This document shows, piece by piece, positions 55,410 to 58,669 of a stretch of 58,669 nt of DNA. Position 1 is the first letter of the stretch. Each line of letters starts with the position of its first letter. The translations under genes were made by a program, and so were the position numbers. The notes below the pieces were generated by a model. It did not search any database. It was not told the DNA's origin and worked only from the letters and a program-made list of their open reading frames with translations. Origin of the DNA: a virus (lineage: Duplodnaviria > Caudoviricetes); IMG/VR virus record IMGVR_UViG_3300046804_003055, positions 1-58,669 of that record. One strand, 5' to 3'.

Positions 55410-56242
55410 TCATTTTTAAATAGTGGCACTTGTAACCTATCACTGTAGCGCAAGCCATTCTTCATAGCTAGTTCTGCTACACGACGATTATTAAGAGTAT
55501 ACACAGACTCTACCCCACCAACTGGCATAAGATAAACAGGTCCTTCAAAACCGTGTGCTCTATAAATGTCCACAGTTTGGATAGCTTCTTCAGCATCTTC
55601 TTCTGTTGCTATTACAAACTTTAAATAGGTATAACCAACATCTTGATATTCGTTTACAACTTCAGGCAAGATAGCTTCATGTCTTAACTCACCGCTACAA
55701 CTTAATTTAGCACTAACACTAAAGGTAAAATCTGTATGTCCACTTCTGTAAGCTAGATATTTTTTAAAGTCTTCTGAAAGTTTTTGAGTTCCGTTTGTTT
55801 CAAAAGTAACTTCTTTACAAGCTCGCATGGTATCGTGCTCTAATAAGTCTTTGTATGAACGCTGCCAGCCTAACAATGGCTCGCCACCTGTAATTACTAA
55901 ATGTTCATCTTGCCATTCATTAAATGGAAGGATTTCGCAAATACGTTCTGCAATAGCATCTGTTGTGAGCATCGGACTAAGATCTTTAAAATCTGGGTGC
56001 CAGCTAGCATAACTATCACAACCTGTATTAACTAATGGAAGATCCTCGTACTTTGTATAAGGTTTTAGTTTATGTTGAACTGCAATGTCTTCGGCTTCCG
56101 CACTTAGCTCACCCTTAGGCATACCAAAGCCGGCACATTTAAAGTTACATCCAAATGTACGTAAGAAAACAGACGGTACACCCATGTAACGTCCTTCACC
56201 TTGTATGCTATAAAATAGTTCAGCTATTTTTATTTTTGACAT
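55397..56242 (-). CDS. queE: 7-carboxy-7-deazaguanine synthase-like radical SAM enzyme
   Basis: ELFYSIQGEG...VFLRTFGCNFKC...CDS, ITGGEP, ETNGT, LKFV, RLQ; folE nearby. Confidence 0.8.
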   Translation of the reverse strand: MSKIKIAELFYSIQGEGRYMGVPSVFLRTFGCNFKCAGFGMPKGELSAEAEDIAVQHKLKPYTKYEDLPLVNTGCDSYASWHPDFKDLSPMLTTDAIAERICEILPFNEWQDEHLVITGGEPLLGWQRSYKDLLEHDTMRACKEVTFETNGTQKLSEDFKKYLAYRSGHTDFTFSVSAKLSCSGELRHEAILPEVVNEYQDVGYTYLKFVIATEEDAEEAIQTVDIYRAHGFEGPVYLMPVGGVESVYTLNNRRVAELAMKNGLRYSDRLQVPLFKNEWGT

Positions 56243-56579
56243 TTCGTTCTTTCTTAAATTTTTCTACATCTTCTATAGCACTTAATAGTGTATGAGCATA
56301 GTTAAATGCTTGTTGGCGTTTTAAGATTACTGTAGACTCTGTATCAATATAGCCTTTTGTTAATAAGGTCCAAATAGCATGCCAGCGAGTTTTACTCCAC
56401 CAATTGCTTTTTATAGTTGTATAAACAGTAACAGTAACATCATGTTCATCTGCCTCTACCCATATATGATGATCGTGATCGCTTGCTCCACAATCACAAG
56501 TAACTCGGTAGACTTTACTGTCTCCCCAGTCGTGTGTTTTCATAATGCCTTCAGCAGGTGTTTGATATGTTACTTGCAT
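56220..56579 (-). CDS. Hypothetical protein
   Basis: ORF in the operon; CDC...H motif. Confidence 0.65.
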   Translation of the reverse strand: MQVTYQTPAEGIMKTHDWGDSKVYRVTCDCGASDHDHHIWVEADEHDVTVTVYTTIKSNWWSKTRWHAIWTLLTKGYIDTESTVILKRQQAFNYAHTLLSAIEDVEKFKKERNVKNKNS

Positions 56580-56788
56580 GTTTCAATCCATTCGTCTAAA
56601 CGATTAATAGCTTCTTCAAAATCTACAGCCCATACTTTAGCTTCAATTTCGTCGTCTTTAATATTAATATCAAACGGCACAGTGCCGTTAAATCTAAAAT
56701 CATGTGGTATATTAACACATACTGTAAACTCTTGCAAGTTCTTAGCACGGTTAATAAAATGATCCATAATATCTTTAGCTGTGCTCAT
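56570..56788 (-). CDS. Hypothetical protein
   Basis: ATGA-coupled to folE. Confidence 0.6.
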   Translation of the reverse strand: MSTAKDIMDHFINRAKNLQEFTVCVNIPHDFRFNGTVPFDINIKDDEIEAKVWAVDFEEAINRLDEWIETCK

Positions 56789-57570
56789 CTTGGCGCAAAC
56801 TCCTGTTGTAGTTTAATATTATCCATAAACTCTTTCTTAGTTCCTGAGTCGTCTTTGAACGCACCTTTAAGTACTGTAGTCTGTGTTAGACTAGAGTGTG
56901 CCATAATGCCTCGATTCTCACAACAACCATGTGTTGCTTGAATATACACACCTAAGTCTGTTGCTCCTGTTGCCTTTTGGATTTCCCTAGCAATGTCATT
57001 ACAAAGTTCCTCTTGGAGAGTACCTCGTCGGGCGCACCACTGAGCGATACGTGTGTACTTGCTAAGTCCAATGAGCTTTTGTGCGGCAATAATACCAATA
57101 TAAGCAACGCCAGTAACGGGTTGGTGATGATGGCTACACATACTACGAAGCTCACTACGAACAACCAACATACCTTCGTAGCGATCCTCCGAATCATTTG
57201 GAAATGCTGTTGCATCTGGTCTTGGATCATATCTTCCTGCCATTATTTCGTTAAAGTACATCTTAGCAAGGCGTTGAGCTGTACCCTTGCTGTTAGGATC
57301 TGTTTCGCGATCAATTAGGAGTCTATCTAGGACTAGTTCAAATGCTTCTGTTGCTTCGCTGATTAGTCTTTCCTTATCGCCGTTGGTTAGATAGTCGCTG
57401 ATATTGTCGCCGGCCCAGAATCTTTTTCCGTCTCTCTTCATTTTAGCGCAAATATAATTACCTAAGTATTTTTCTACCTGATAGCCGCCATCACCTGCCA
57501 TAGCGTCTACTGCTGTTTCATTATCGTGCGGTTCAGGATCATTACTAATATATGCTTTTTCGTATACCAT
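56785..57570 (-). CDS. folE: GTP cyclohydrolase I
   Basis: SMCSHHHQP, GLSKYTRI, LQEEL, HGCCENRG; start moved to ATG 57570 (GGAGG RBS). Confidence 0.92.
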   Translation of the reverse strand: MVYEKAYISNDPEPHDNETAVDAMAGDGGYQVEKYLGNYICAKMKRDGKRFWAGDNISDYLTNGDKERLISEATEAFELVLDRLLIDRETDPNSKGTAQRLAKMYFNEIMAGRYDPRPDATAFPNDSEDRYEGMLVVRSELRSMCSHHHQPVTGVAYIGIIAAQKLIGLSKYTRIAQWCARRGTLQEELCNDIAREIQKATGATDLGVYIQATHGCCENRGIMAHSSLTQTTVLKGAFKDDSGTKKEFMDNIKLQQEFAPR

Positions 57571-57606
57571 CTTTCCTCCTTTATACAATTTATTTAGATC
57601 TATGAC

Positions 57607-57870
57607 TTAAACTTCAATTTTTTCGCTTAGTAGTAATCTACATAGTTCAGCATCTTTTATACTTTTAAAAGTAAAAATCATATAGTCTGGATATGGTTTA
57701 TAATAAAATCTATTGCCCGGTAACCCAAACACTTCTAAGACATCAGCACAAGTCTCATTCCACCATTTGTTATGTTGATTATTCCAATCAATGCGAACTG
57801 TATGTTCTTGAGGTATTTGGAAATTCCACCACTCAGGACGCGGCGGAATTTCTATTTTTTTGTGCTTCAT
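57607..57870 (-). CDS. Hypothetical protein
   Basis: ORF; WWNETCADVLEVFGLPG. Confidence 0.65.
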   Translation of the reverse strand: MKHKKIEIPPRPEWWNFQIPQEHTVRIDWNNQHNKWWNETCADVLEVFGLPGNRFYYKPYPDYMIFTFKSIKDAELCRLLLSEKIEV

Positions 57871-58012
57871 TTAGTTCGTACTCTAAATATTTTTTGTATT
57901 CTTGTAATGCAGATATTTTTAACAAATCTTCACCAGCACTTTCAAATTTTTTAATATCGCCTGCTACTCTGGCAATTTTTTCTTCAAGTTCCGGTATAGT
58001 TAAATCCGTCAT
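57833..58012 (-). CDS. Hypothetical 59-aa coiled-coil protein (MTDLTIPELEEKIARV...)
   Basis: Translated by hand; ATGA overlap with the upstream gene; fills the gap; below the ORF-track length cutoff. Confidence 0.65.
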   Translation of the reverse strand: MTDLTIPELEEKIARVAGDIKKFESAGEDLLKISALQEYKKYLEYELNEAQKNRNSAAS

Positions 58013-58242
58013 ATTGTTAGCCCATAAGCCAGTGCCTGTAACTCATCTTTGGTCATGTTAAAACTATAAACACTAGAAAAATTAACTTCACCATTGTCGT
58101 CTAAACATTCTTGAATAATGTCTAAAGAATAAAATCCAGGAATTATACTTTCCCATTTCTCCATCCTTACTCTAAATGCTTTATTTTCTTTTACTGTCAT
58201 TTCTACAGCAGTATTTTTTATACTTGAATGTAAATCTCTCAT
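58009..58242 (-). CDS. Hypothetical protein
   Basis: ATGA-coupled ORF. Confidence 0.6.
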   Translation of the reverse strand: MRDLHSSIKNTAVEMTVKENKAFRVRMEKWESIIPGFYSLDIIQECLDDNGEVNFSSVYSFNMTKDELQALAYGLTI

Positions 58243-58493
58243 TGTAAATTCCTTTTTTCGTTACCAACGATTGCGTTCAAAAGATGTTCAAACTCGTCAT
58301 CTGATAAGGATTCATCTTCTAAAAGACGATCAATATCTACTGGTTGACTTCTTGATTCTAATTCTTCAGGAGTCAAATGTGCAAACAGGTCTTTGATCTC
58401 ACCCATTAATTCATCTAACTCTTCCTGAGTGCCTTCAAAATGATCAAAACAGCCAGGGGCAAAATTGATCTTTATTTTCTTTTCTTCAGTCAT
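58239..58493 (-). CDS. Hypothetical acidic protein (MTEEKKIKINFAPGCFD...)
   Basis: Start moved to ATG 58493, which overlaps the stop of the upstream ORF. Confidence 0.65.
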   Translation of the reverse strand: MTEEKKIKINFAPGCFDHFEGTQEELDELMGEIKDLFAHLTPEELESRSQPVDIDRLLEDESLSDDEFEHLLNAIVGNEKRNLQ

Positions 58494-58669
58494 TTTCGGA
58501 GCCTTTAATACGTTCCCAAGTTTTATACTTTTCCAATTCGTGCATATATTGTTTGTACAGTTCTGCAAGTTTTGGATACTTAGCCTCCATTGTAACATCA
58601 CGAGTTGGAATTTGCAAGAGTGTTTCGATTACATTTAGCCGTTCTTCCAAGTCTACTCCATTAATTACC
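58486..58669 (-). CDS. Hypothetical protein, C-terminal part (...VINGVDLEERLNVIETLLQIP...GSEND*)
   Basis: Translated by hand; frame open from the window edge to TGA at 58488-58486. Confidence 0.65.
   Translation of the reverse strand, partial: VINGVDLEERLNVIETLLQIPTRDVTMEAKYPKLAELYKQYMHELEKYKTWERIKGSEND

Noticed and set aside
1-58669. Stop-codon reassignment, as seen in some large phages
   Set aside because: Genes are full length and tightly packed under the standard code, and TAA, TGA and TAG all occur as stops (tandem TAG at 1056-1061).
1-58669. tRNA genes, integrase or transposase
   Set aside because: None recognised by eye; intergenic gaps other than 200-611 are under about 80 nt and are taken up by promoter and RBS elements. 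tRNAscan-SE would confirm.

Overview
This is an AT-rich segment of a large T4-superfamily-like myophage; relatedness to jumbo phages of the RaK2/GAP32/Atu_ph07 type is inferred from gene content only. It has three blocks. (1) Minus strand, 1-5319: gp55-like late sigma factor, gp47/gp46 (Mre11/Rad50), a cytidylyltransferase, an Hc1-like protein and a compact GIY-YIG (Seg-like) protein. Directly after the GIY-YIG gene lies a ~410-nt, GC-enriched, ORF-free, densely base-paired segment that looks like an unannotated large ncRNA; this is the top finding. (2) Plus strand, 5398-47380: baseplate genes (gp53-, gp5-, gp25- and gp6-like), a 5157-aa virion protein, six fibre genes (four share a paralogous N-terminal domain) and a cassette of four glycosyltransferase-like genes with its own sigma70-type promoter. 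(3) Minus strand, 47334-58669: thyX, a MoxR/vWA pair, T4 RNase H-like 5'-3' exonuclease, queE, folE and hypothetical genes. Two promoter classes are visible: host sigma70-type (TTGACA-N17-TATAAT) and TAAATA late boxes. One late box overlaps a T4-style hairpin that occludes the translation start. All protein calls come from motif recognition by eye, not from database searches.
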